DNA of 64,000 nucleotides from IMG/VR virus record IMGVR_UViG_3300049617_000275, positions 1 through 64,000 of that record; one strand, written 5' to 3'. Positions 9,565 through 17,579 of this stretch are shown here, one piece after another. The notes under the pieces were generated by a model. It made no database searches, was not told the DNA's origin, and saw only the letters and a program-made list of their open reading frames with translations. Numbering within the stretch: the first letter of the stretch is position 1; every line of letters begins with the position of its first letter. The translations under genes were made by a program, and so were the position numbers. This DNA comes from a virus.

Positions 9565-10194
9565 ATGTTTGAGAGGTTTGATGCTCAGGCTATAAAAGTT
9601 GTAATGCTTTCTCAAGAAGAGGCGAGGAGACTTGGACATAATTTTGTAGGTACAGAGCAGATCCTTCTAGGAATTATAGGAGAAGGAGGAGCACCGGCAA
9701 AGCTTTTGCGGAGCTTAGGCGTCCGTCTTTTGGATGCACGCACAGAAATAGAAAAGATCGTAGGTCGAGGCAGTGGGTTTGTTGCAAGAGAGATTCCTTT
9801 TACGCCCAGAGCCAAGCGTGTTCTTAGTAATGCTTGGGAAGAAGCAAGGAAAATAGGACACAATTACATATCCCCGCCTACTATTCTTTTAGGCTTACTC
9901 CGAGAGACAGAGGGAGTTTCTGCTCGTGTTTTGGAGAACCTAGGAACAGATTTGGATGTTTTATATAAACTTACTCTAGAGCAAACTCCGGACAAGAAAA
10001 TGCCAGCCGAGCCGGTGTTTGACCCGTCCAGACTCATAGCAAGAATTCTTGATCTGGACTCAGGAATGCTGGATCTTGTAAAAGGGAATTTGAAACACAG
10101 CCTCATGCTGATCTCCAAGCCTTGTGAAGCGGATATCGAAGAAGGAGTACGGAGTTTGGTTGACTTTGTAACTCTCTTGAAGTCTATAAAGTAG
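9565..10194 (+). CDS. stand-alone ClpC/ClpA N-terminal (double Clp_N repeat) domain protein with a novel C-terminal tail of about 70 aa
   Basis: [38 protein letters not shown]....[21 protein letters not shown]...[10 protein letters not shown] is near-identical in pattern to ClpC N-domains. No AAA+ module follows. Confidence 0.85.
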   Translation: MFERFDAQAIKVVMLSQEEARRLGHNFVGTEQILLGIIGEGGAPAKLLRSLGVRLLDARTEIEKIVGRGSGFVAREIPFTPRAKRVLSNAWEEARKIGHNYISPPTILLGLLRETEGVSARVLENLGTDLDVLYKLTLEQTPDKKMPAEPVFDPSRLIARILDLDSGMLDLVKGNLKHSLMLISKPCEADIEEGVRSLVDFVTLLKSIK

Positions 10195-10201
10195 GCAAAG
10201 T

Positions 10202-10678
10202 ATGTCTGAGAAACTAACACTGGAAGAACAAGCTTGTAACTTCAAAACGATGGAACACATCCATCTTGTTGCCCGAGGTCTTCACAGCATGATCAAAGAA
10301 CTTTTGGATAGGGCAGACAAACACGATGCAAGTAAGCTGACATCGCCGGAGGTAGAAGCCTTCACAGAATTTACTCCTAAGTTGGCAAGGCTTACATTTG
10401 GCTCTCCGGAGTATTATGCTCAGTTGAACTCCGCGGAGTTCCAAACGGCAATCACCCACCATTACTGCAATAACCGTCACCACCCGGAGGCACATAAGTC
10501 TGGGATAGATGATATGAATATCGTAGATATTGCAGAAATGCTGTCGGATTGGTATGCTTCTAGCAAGAGACAGTATGACGGTAATCTCCGGAAGAGTATA
10601 GAGAAGAACGCAGATAGGTTCGGTATGTCTCCTCAGCTCCGGAGGATACTGGAAAATTCCATAGATTTGTTCGAATAG
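10202..10678 (+). CDS. HD-motif protein resembling the DUF5662 family
   Basis: Motifs HDASKL, FGSPEYY, HHYCNNRHHPE and DIAEMLSDW are present. The family name is from memory. Confidence 0.55.
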   Translation: MSEKLTLEEQACNFKTMEHIHLVARGLHSMIKELLDRADKHDASKLTSPEVEAFTEFTPKLARLTFGSPEYYAQLNSAEFQTAITHHYCNNRHHPEAHKSGIDDMNIVDIAEMLSDWYASSKRQYDGNLRKSIEKNADRFGMSPQLRRILENSIDLFE

Positions 10679-10686
10679 GGATTAGT

Positions 10687-10736
10687 GCCGAAGTGTCTTA
10701 ACGGCGGGATTTAAAATCCCAAATCGTAGTCTTCCT
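10687..10736 (+). other. tRNA-Leu(UAA)-like fragment (acceptor 5' strand plus anticodon arm, no T arm)
   Basis: GCCGAAG-TG is followed by GGGATTTAAAATCCC, the anticodon arm of bacterial tRNA-Leu(UAA). The D arm is truncated and there is no T arm or matching 3' acceptor. Confidence 0.3.
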
Positions 10737-10758
10737 GTAAATAAATTAAGAAAGTTAA

Positions 10759-10790
10759 AATACTCCTGAATCCGCGGGAGTATTTTTGTT
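10759..10790 (+). terminator. rho-independent terminator
   Basis: Hairpin ATACTCC-tgaatccgc-GGGAGTAT is followed by TTTTTGTTTT. Confidence 0.65.
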
Positions 10791-13088
10791 TTGATATCCA
10801 GAAAAGAAGTAGAAGATCTTATATACGAGGTCTCCGGCGCCTTGTCGGTTGAAGAAAAGAGGAGCAAAGCTCTCTCTGCTCTTTCTCTGGTCTCTACTCC
10901 GGTAACTCACGATGCGGTTAAAGGTGCAGATCCGGAAGTTCTGGAAGGCATTGTTCAGGACATAATCGAGAAACTTGTATCTCTTCTCCGCGCAATCGAC
11001 GCCGGAGAAAAATCTTCCGAATCCAAATCCAAAGAAGTAGAGTTGGATGGAAACGACAACGTAGTTCTTCCCATTGACAACTCCCCGCTTGTTCCCCCTT
11101 CTCCGGGAGAGCCGAATACGCTTGTAGGAACGATTGATCCTAACGCAACTGGGATTCCAGACAATGCCCGTAAGTCTGCACCCAAAACTATGGATGCCGA
11201 TCTTATGGAACAGTTGGATCATCCTAATTTTCCTACATATTCCGATATGGATACAGAGAAGTATCCTACAGTTTACTCCGGCGATGAGTCGCAGATATCT
11301 TCTTCCGACGAAGTTGCGGGGAGTAAGGATCTGGGGAACACTCCACCGCATACTCTGGATCAGTTCTATCCTGTGAAAGTAGGAGACTTCGTATCCTGGG
11401 CTTCTCCCCTAGGAAGATCCTTCGGGCAGGTGGAAAGTATTGTTTTTGCAGGACAGGTGAACATTCCTGACTCCGGCAACAGTCTTGCAATGATTGCAAC
11501 AGAAGAAGATCCTGTCTGTCAAACTCGTATTTACAGAAACGACTCCGGGGAGGGATGGAGTAAAACCGATACTGTTACTTCCCTCAAGATGTCTGCTCTC
11601 TACAGAATCGATCCTTTGGAAGGTCCCCGTGCTCTTCCGCCGGTGTTACCTAACTCTCGGTCAAACTCATACTCCGCGCCGGAGTGCCAAAAGATCCTAA
11701 ATAGAAAAGGATTGGGACATTTCAAGGCCCTCGACAACGGAACAGTTTCTGTTGTCAAGAACTTCCAGATAGGAAAAGCAGAAGTTCAGAAAGACATAAA
11801 CTCCGTGAGCTTAGGAAGCGGCGGGAGTAGAAAATCTTCCTTTGACATAACCGGAGAGGATAGAGCACTTCTAGGATCAGATTGGATACCCGACGGAAGT
11901 ATATGCTGCGACGTTGTTGCAGCCGACTCGGACGTTGACAGAGGGAATGAACAGTTCCTTTCTCCTTCCTTAGATCAGCTCGCTCTTCTTTACAAAGGGA
12001 TGCCTTTACTTTTAGATCATGATTGGTCGGCTAGGAATATTGTAGGAAAGATTCTCTCCGGAAGAAATGACTCCGGCGAGCTTGTACTCCGGGCATTTGT
12101 TCCCAACACAGACGCTAACAAATGGGTTGTTGATGCAATCAAATCCGGAATCTTCTGTAAGGTATCCGTGGGATTTGCATCTTCTCCGGATTGTATGCTC
12201 TGCTCCGTTTGCAAGATTTCCATGTCTTCGGAGACGTGCCCTCACCAACCAGGAGAGACAACTCCTTTAGGAACTCCGGTAGTTCTCCAATACTCCGGGG
12301 TGTCAGATGTTTACGAAGTGTCCATTGTAGGAGTCCCTATGCAACGCAACGCGAGGATAAAAGGAGTTCATAGTCTCTTAGATTCCATTCTCCCGACAAC
12401 CGAAAAGAGACTGTTAGATAGAATTTCTTCCGAGACCAATACTAAAGGAACTGTTGAATTGTCTACTAAAGAAGTTACTCCGGCGGAGAAAGAAAATTTG
12501 ATGCCTCAAACGGCAGTCGATCCACAGTCTGCTGGAACCTTGGATGACCCGGTAGTTCCTGGAACTGCAAAATCTGCCGAAGACATGCCTAAAGAGAATC
12601 CCGGTGAAGAACCAGGAATGAATAAGGGTTTTGGTGCGATGCACGACAAGATGGATGCCCATTCCAAGATGATTGGGGAAGTCCATCAAGCTCACGAGAA
12701 TTTGAAAAACGATGTTGCCAAGATGTTCGGTACTTTGCAGCAAGTTCACGACACCTGCGGGGACATCGGGCGTAAATTAGAAGATGTTCACAGCAAGTGC
12801 GATGCCATGCATGGGTTGATGAAGTCTTTCTCCGGCGCTTCTGAGTCTATTCAGAAGGAACTAACTACCAACAAGGAAGAAAACGACGCAATACTTGTGA
12901 AATTTGCACAGGCGCTGGTAGAAATTCATAAGATGTTGGAAGTAGGTATGTCCGTATCTACGGAAACTATTCGTAAGCAGTTGTCTCAGGACAACCTTGC
13001 GCGGGAGAATGCTCTCCAAAAATCCACAAAATACTGGGTCCAAGAAGTATTTGGCTCAGACAACAATGACTCTGGAGGTCAACAGTAA
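10791..13088 (+). CDS. prohead protease (HK97/S78-like) fused to a scaffold-like coiled-coil C-terminus (765 aa)
   Basis: The central part carries VVAADSDVDRGNEQF...LLLDHDW..VGKI...GELVL....VDAIKSGIFCKVSVGF, which matches the prohead-protease pattern. The C-terminus is His/Lys-rich and helical. The TTG start is uncertain. It lies directly upstream of the capsid gene. Confidence 0.7.
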   Translation: MISRKEVEDLIYEVSGALSVEEKRSKALSALSLVSTPVTHDAVKGADPEVLEGIVQDIIEKLVSLLRAIDAGEKSSESKSKEVELDGNDNVVLPIDNSPLVPPSPGEPNTLVGTIDPNATGIPDNARKSAPKTMDADLMEQLDHPNFPTYSDMDTEKYPTVYSGDESQISSSDEVAGSKDLGNTPPHTLDQFYPVKVGDFVSWASPLGRSFGQVESIVFAGQVNIPDSGNSLAMIATEEDPVCQTRIYRNDSGEGWSKTDTVTSLKMSALYRIDPLEGPRALPPVLPNSRSNSYSAPECQKILNRKGLGHFKALDNGTVSVVKNFQIGKAEVQKDINSVSLGSGGSRKSSFDITGEDRALLGSDWIPDGSICCDVVAADSDVDRGNEQFLSPSLDQLALLYKGMPLLLDHDWSARNIVGKILSGRNDSGELVLRAFVPNTDANKWVVDAIKSGIFCKVSVGFASSPDCMLCSVCKISMSSETCPHQPGETTPLGTPVVLQYSGVSDVYEVSIVGVPMQRNARIKGVHSLLDSILPTTEKRLLDRISSETNTKGTVELSTKEVTPAEKENLMPQTAVDPQSAGTLDDPVVPGTAKSAEDMPKENPGEEPGMNKGFGAMHDKMDAHSKMIGEVHQAHENLKNDVAKMFGTLQQVHDTCGDIGRKLEDVHSKCDAMHGLMKSFSGASESIQKELTTNKEENDAILVKFAQALVEIHKMLEVGMSVSTETIRKQLSQDNLARENALQKSTKYWVQEVFGSDNNDSGGQQ

Positions 13089-13090
13089 GA

Positions 13091-14308
13091 ATGACAGCAA
13101 CAGCCGATATTAAAGGCGTTTGGGATGCCCTAGACGGGTTGATTGCCAAGAAGCATCAGCTTACCGGTACTGCTCCGGCCCCAGAAATCACAGCCATTGC
13201 CAACAAGAGAATGGAGCAGAATAAGCTGAACCTGGAAAAGGCTTTGCTCATGGATGTTCCAGATCCCCGCGACCGTTCGGTTAACACCGCTCAGTCCAAA
13301 GAATATGTAATGGGAGTCATTACCAAGGATCTGAAATCCACGGATCTAAACAGCTTGCGTCTTGTATCTCTCGCTGACAAGATGGGAGAGCTGCGTAACG
13401 GTCAGACAGTATTCCTTAACGTAGTAGAAGCTAACTCCGTCCAACGCGTCACCGACTTCCAAGTCCGTTTACGGGAACGTAGACTCGGTCAACAGACTGC
13501 TCAATGGCTGTCTCTCAACCAAGATCAGTTTGCTCCAGAAGCTCAGTCCAACTATCCGCAAAGAAGCAATACTTTAGGATTCTTGGGTAACCAGCTCAAC
13601 ATCCGTTTGATCGGTCAAGAACTTGCAGCTCAGTCTCCTGTTCAACCGGTAGACATTGTTCAGCAGGAGATCGAGTTCGAAGTAACCCGTATTCGCAGAG
13701 CGATGTCGAAATACCTGCTCTTCAACTACGAAGTTGTTAACGAAGCTTCCATTACTCCCCCGCAGCCAGGCGGATTCATAAATAGATCCAACCTGTACAA
13801 CTTTAATCTATCTGTTCCTTCGGATTTCACAAACGCAATTATCCAGCAATCTGTGGATGCGATTGCAAATGCTGCAAACCCAGAAGGTGTGTCCTACAAC
13901 GTTCCGTTGGTTTGCTTGTGCCCTTCAAGTCAGATCTCCAAGATCCGTGATTTGATGATTGCAAGATATCCTGGAACCAACGCGGAGACGTTCTTGAACG
14001 AGCAGAGTGAGCTTCGTGCCCGCTTCGCTCAAGTAGGAATTGCGCCAAATCAGATGAAGGCTTATCAGCCCGATCCCGGTATGAGCGTTCTGTTTATATT
14101 TGATCCGTTGCTCCCTGGCAACACCGCGATCTTCTTCGATCCTACCCAACCTCAACTAGGTAAGTTCCAGATCAACGGTCAGTATGGTCCTTGGGCAATC
14201 GAACGTCCAACTCCGGCTCTGACTACCCTCCTGTATGTTTTCGACGGATTCACCCTCCTGGATAACCTCCGGGAAACTCGGTCGGTTGTAACTAACCTCA
14301 ATAACTAA
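13091..14308 (+). CDS. major capsid protein candidate (405 aa)
   Basis: It starts 3 nt after the protease-scaffold stop. The size is typical, and a strong terminator follows immediately. Confidence 0.7.
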   Translation: MTATADIKGVWDALDGLIAKKHQLTGTAPAPEITAIANKRMEQNKLNLEKALLMDVPDPRDRSVNTAQSKEYVMGVITKDLKSTDLNSLRLVSLADKMGELRNGQTVFLNVVEANSVQRVTDFQVRLRERRLGQQTAQWLSLNQDQFAPEAQSNYPQRSNTLGFLGNQLNIRLIGQELAAQSPVQPVDIVQQEIEFEVTRIRRAMSKYLLFNYEVVNEASITPPQPGGFINRSNLYNFNLSVPSDFTNAIIQQSVDAIANAANPEGVSYNVPLVCLCPSSQISKIRDLMIARYPGTNAETFLNEQSELRARFAQVGIAPNQMKAYQPDPGMSVLFIFDPLLPGNTAIFFDPTQPQLGKFQINGQYGPWAIERPTPALTTLLYVFDGFTLLDNLRETRSVVTNLNN

Positions 14309-14347
14309 TCCGTAAGGATTTCCTGTCTACGGTCACCCACGCAAGAT

Positions 14348-14369
14348 ACTCCCTACGGGGAGTTTTTTG
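14348..14369 (+). terminator. rho-independent terminator after the capsid gene
   Basis: Hairpin ACTCCC-tacg-GGGAGT is followed by TTTTTT. Confidence 0.75.
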
Positions 14370-14419
14370 TTAGGAATATTTTTAAAAGACATTGACTCTT
14401 CTCGGCACTTTAAGAAACA

Positions 14420-14695
14420 TCAAGAAGGAAATGCTACATCTATGGCATTGAGATGGGGTTTTCTAGCTTTGTGATTTTTCTCAATACAAAACATACAGTT
14501 TCCAAGATAAATGCTATTTTGCTCACAAAAAGCTTTGGTATTAGGGCCTATAATGTAGGAAAAACATCCCATAGCCTCATTCCAATTGAACTCTTTCTTC
14601 AACCGTACCCAAAAATCAGGATGTTTGCTATCCAGCATATTGTTCTTTTTTCTCCAAACTTTCTTTGTAGATGACCTTACGGTAGAATAAGTCAC
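14420..14695 (-). CDS. small Cys-rich protein (91 aa) on the opposite strand; possible homing-endonuclease-like insert
   Basis: A markedly AT-rich segment of about 300 bp lies between the capsid terminator and the next gene. It has four Cys, including NCMFCIEKNH. There is no clear HNH motif. Confidence 0.35.
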   Translation of the reverse strand: MTYSTVRSSTKKVWRKKNNMLDSKHPDFWVRLKKEFNWNEAMGCFSYIIGPNTKAFCEQNSIYLGNCMFCIEKNHKARKPHLNAIDVAFPS

Positions 14696-14746
14696 AGCAG
14701 ATGTTCTGTCAACACCCCCGGCTTATCCCCTCTATAGGACTCGATT

Positions 14747-15304
14747 TTGAGTACAGCAGTAATGTCAAATAAAAAAGGAAAAATCCCTTCCGACCACTAC
14801 ATTATCAACACCGTGACCCGTGCAACGGAAGCGGGGCTAGGTATGCCTAATACAGGTAGGAACTGGGTAGATATGAATCTCACCGCCGACCCGGAGTTCG
14901 CAGAACTTACCCGAAAACAGGGGCCAGCGCTTCGCGAAGAAATGAAGAGGGAAGGGATGGCAAACCACCTTTGCGGAGTTGCAAAGTTCCTTCACACGAC
15001 CAACCACCTGACTCCCGGAGTCTATCAATACCGAACAGATGAAAAGGGATGGATTTGGATTCCCAAGGAAGAAAAGGAAACCGCAAAGAGAATTTTCTTG
15101 AATCTTCGGAAGATTGATCCTGAAGTCTCTTTCCACGAAATGGGTCTTCGCCTTACTCCCGCCGAGCTTAAAGAACTCGGATCAGAGTGGGAAAAGACCA
15201 TGGAGGACATCCGTAATCGGAGAGAATACTACCAAATGTCCAAGGACGACCTGGAGTCTCTCTCTTCTGCGGAAACTCCGCCGGAGTCCAAGAAAACAAA
15301 GTAG
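14747..15304 (+). CDS. hypothetical protein (185 aa; start may be ATG 14762)
   Basis: A long ORF with protein-like composition and a Lys/Glu-rich C-terminus. Confidence 0.6.
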   Translation: MSTAVMSNKKGKIPSDHYIINTVTRATEAGLGMPNTGRNWVDMNLTADPEFAELTRKQGPALREEMKREGMANHLCGVAKFLHTTNHLTPGVYQYRTDEKGWIWIPKEEKETAKRIFLNLRKIDPEVSFHEMGLRLTPAELKELGSEWEKTMEDIRNRREYYQMSKDDLESLSSAETPPESKKTK

Positions 15305-15339
15305 CGCCCGGAGGAACCTTGAAAGAGGTTCTTCTGATA

Positions 15340-15368
15340 TTGACATAAACTCTTTCTCATGCTAGGAT
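15340..15368 (+). promoter_or_regulatory. sigma70-type promoter TTGACA-N17-TAGGAT
   Basis: The -35 is at 15340-15345, the spacer is 17 nt and the -10 is at 15363-15368. The ATG of the next gene begins 7 nt after the -10. Confidence 0.6.
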
Positions 15369-15374
15369 GTTACG

Positions 15375-16199
15375 ATGACAGACAAAGAAGATACTTACGC
15401 AATTGTAATTCCTGCTTGCGAGACTGTGCCGGAGTGCAGGAACCTTCTTAACACACTCTTGACGTCTATTCGATGGGGCAAATACAGTTGCCCGGTGATT
15501 GTTTGTTACGACAATTGCTCTGCGGACTTCGTGACCTTCTTCGAAACGGAGTTCTCCGATCTACGCCTTATTTCCCTCATACACCGTGGGGATAAGAATC
15601 TGAACTTTGCTGCAAATGCAAACCGAGGATTACGGAAGGCATACAATGACCTTCATCTTGCAGCTTTCTGTATAAATCAAGACTGTGCTCTTCCGCATAG
15701 GAGTCTTCTGGAGAAGGTAATAAATTCTGGAATTGCCTCCCCGAAGCCTATAGATGTTGAAGGAACTGTGCAGGCCAAGTTCACGAAGCTTAACCAGATG
15801 GTACAACTCCCGTGCCCCTGTCGCGGAGAGAAGTGGGAAGGAATGGAGCCTACAAACAAATTTGCTGCCTTCTGCATATGGATATCAAAGTACGCATTCT
15901 CTAAGATAGGGTTCTTCGACGAGAAGACATTCGAGGCGAGTTTCGAGGACGACGATTACTGTGTCCGGGCTTGTCTTGCAGGACTGCCCTGCGAACAATC
16001 CGAAATTCCCGTACATCACGAAGGAGGCCGGACGGAGGATAAGATATCTACTACGGGTGCATACAATATGGCTTCGTTGGTAAATCATCTTAACCGGTTT
16101 AGGACGAAGTGGTACATACCTCCGGCGGTCTCTCATGGAAGCTGCGCGGAGTTTATCCTACAAAATTATAAATGGAGCGACACATACCGTTGTGAATAA
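15375..16199 (+). CDS. family-2 (GT-A fold) glycosyltransferase
   Basis: YAIVIPACE...VIVCYDNCS, NANRGLRKA, INQDCAL (DxD-like) and SKIGFFDEKTFEASFEDDDYCVRACLAG are present. Confidence 0.75.
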   Translation: MTDKEDTYAIVIPACETVPECRNLLNTLLTSIRWGKYSCPVIVCYDNCSADFVTFFETEFSDLRLISLIHRGDKNLNFAANANRGLRKAYNDLHLAAFCINQDCALPHRSLLEKVINSGIASPKPIDVEGTVQAKFTKLNQMVQLPCPCRGEKWEGMEPTNKFAAFCIWISKYAFSKIGFFDEKTFEASFEDDDYCVRACLAGLPCEQSEIPVHHEGGRTEDKISTTGAYNMASLVNHLNRFRTKWYIPPAVSHGSCAEFILQNYKWSDTYRCE

Positions 16200-16587
16200 G
16201 ATAGAGAAAGAATTTTTTGAGGATCTGTTCTCTGATAAGAAAATCAGAGAACATTTTGTGGATTCTCTGCTTGTTTCCCTTATTCCGGAGAAAATATCAG
16301 AGATATACCTCCGCCTCAAAACAGAGGCCAATTTCAAGCCTTTGGACTATGAAGAAAGGAATAACTGGCTGGTAGCTACACTTAGATCCTATTTCTCCTC
16401 CATAGGATTCGAGGCTGCAAAGGAAACTTTTATGCCTGACTACATTCGTATGGAATATTTAGAAGAAAGGAATGCTACTTACACCTCCGGCGAAGTCGTA
16501 ACGATTCCAGAGCCTAAGGGAATGTTAGGGAATTTAGTTCAGTCCTGCAAGGATTTCTGGACTTCCCTTACGGGATCAAAGATCTAG
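16192..16587 (+). CDS. hypothetical protein (about 131 aa from GTG 16192; ATG 16135 is the alternative)
   Basis: The ORF overlaps the end of the glycosyltransferase gene. The downstream part is protein-like. Confidence 0.5.
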   Translation: MNKIEKEFFEDLFSDKKIREHFVDSLLVSLIPEKISEIYLRLKTEANFKPLDYEERNNWLVATLRSYFSSIGFEAAKETFMPDYIRMEYLEERNATYTSGEVVTIPEPKGMLGNLVQSCKDFWTSLTGSKI

Positions 16588-16592
16588 GACAC

Positions 16593-16665
16593 GCCGGAGA
16601 AGCAGAATAGGATATGCACTCCACTTGTAATGGAGAGATTGTGAGTTCGAAGCTCACCTCTGGCT
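16593..16665 (+). tRNA. tRNA-Thr (anticodon UGU)
   Basis: Hand-folded cloverleaf. Acceptor GCCGGAG/CTCTGGC, D arm GCAG-AATAGGAT-ATGC, anticodon arm CTCCA-CTTGTAA-TGGAG, 5-nt variable loop, T arm GTGAG-TTCGAAG-CTCAC. Position 8 is A. CCA is not encoded. Confidence 0.8.
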
Positions 16666-16705
16666 TAGTTAGAATACTCTCTGTAGACACGCCGAGAGTA
16701 GATAT

Positions 16706-17515
16706 ATGTTCCTTTTCAATATCCTCAAGAAGAAAGAACCTCTTCACAAGTACACCTGTAGGATAGAGAACAGACCTATTCGTACTTCCTGTACTTTGAG
16801 TCTCCCCGCGGAGGGAGTAGATACGGAAGCCCCGGTGAAGTCCAGTGTTCAATCATCTTGTGCGATTATGGACAATCAGCAGTCAGAAGGGGACTGTACG
16901 GCTGAGGCTTGGAAGAATGGATATTGGCAAGCTCTAGTTGCACAGGGTTTGCCAGGTAAACTCATCTCTCGTCAGTATTTGTATTACTACGAACGTCTCC
17001 ATATGGGCCCGGAGTATGTGTTTCAGGACTCCGGCGCCGCTTTATCCGATGGGGCTTATGTGCTTACCTCCCGCGGAGTTTGTGTAGAGAGTTTATGGCC
17101 ATATTGGCAGCAATTAAATATGTCGATTACTCCTCCTTTTTGGTGTGATTTCAATGCGGTCAAAAACAAAGTCACAAAAGCGGAACAAGTCCCTCAAACT
17201 CTTGCCGCGATCAAGCATGTCATCGGAGTCAATGGAAGAACTGTCCAATGCGGAATTAACGTATTTAGCTCTCTTGAATCCGCTGCAACCCTTGCGTCTG
17301 GAAATGTTCCAATGCCCGCTGCCTCAGAGACATTACTGGGGGGACACGCTATCTCCCTTGTGGGGTATGATGACTCCGTGGAACAGATCCTCTGGAAAAA
17401 TAGCTGGGGGACCGGAATTGGCGTAAACGGAACAGGATATTTCACCCTTCCTTACGAATATATTTTGGATTCTAAACTTGCTTCGGACTTTTGGGCGATA
17501 GATCAAGCTCAGTAA
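16706..17515 (+). CDS. papain-family (C1) cysteine peptidase
   Basis: QQSEGDCTAEAW supplies the catalytic Cys context. GGHAISLVGYDD and WKNSWGTGIGVNGTGYF supply the His and Asn-Ser-Trp-Gly motifs. The start may be internal. Confidence 0.8.
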   Translation: MFLFNILKKKEPLHKYTCRIENRPIRTSCTLSLPAEGVDTEAPVKSSVQSSCAIMDNQQSEGDCTAEAWKNGYWQALVAQGLPGKLISRQYLYYYERLHMGPEYVFQDSGAALSDGAYVLTSRGVCVESLWPYWQQLNMSITPPFWCDFNAVKNKVTKAEQVPQTLAAIKHVIGVNGRTVQCGINVFSSLESAATLASGNVPMPAASETLLGGHAISLVGYDDSVEQILWKNSWGTGIGVNGTGYFTLPYEYILDSKLASDFWAIDQAQ

Positions 17516-17579
17516 GACGCTAAAATACCTCTGATTCCAGAGGTACAGAACAATTCAAAATATAAATTTCCTGTCTACA

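Noticed and set aside
10755-11351. 198-aa minus-strand ORF opposite the start of the protease-scaffold gene
   Set aside because: The translation is Arg/Cys/Phe-rich and off-frame-like. It overlaps a terminator and the better-supported plus-strand gene.
16568-16852. 94-aa minus-strand ORF
   Set aside because: It runs straight through the canonical tRNA-Thr gene and the start of the peptidase gene.
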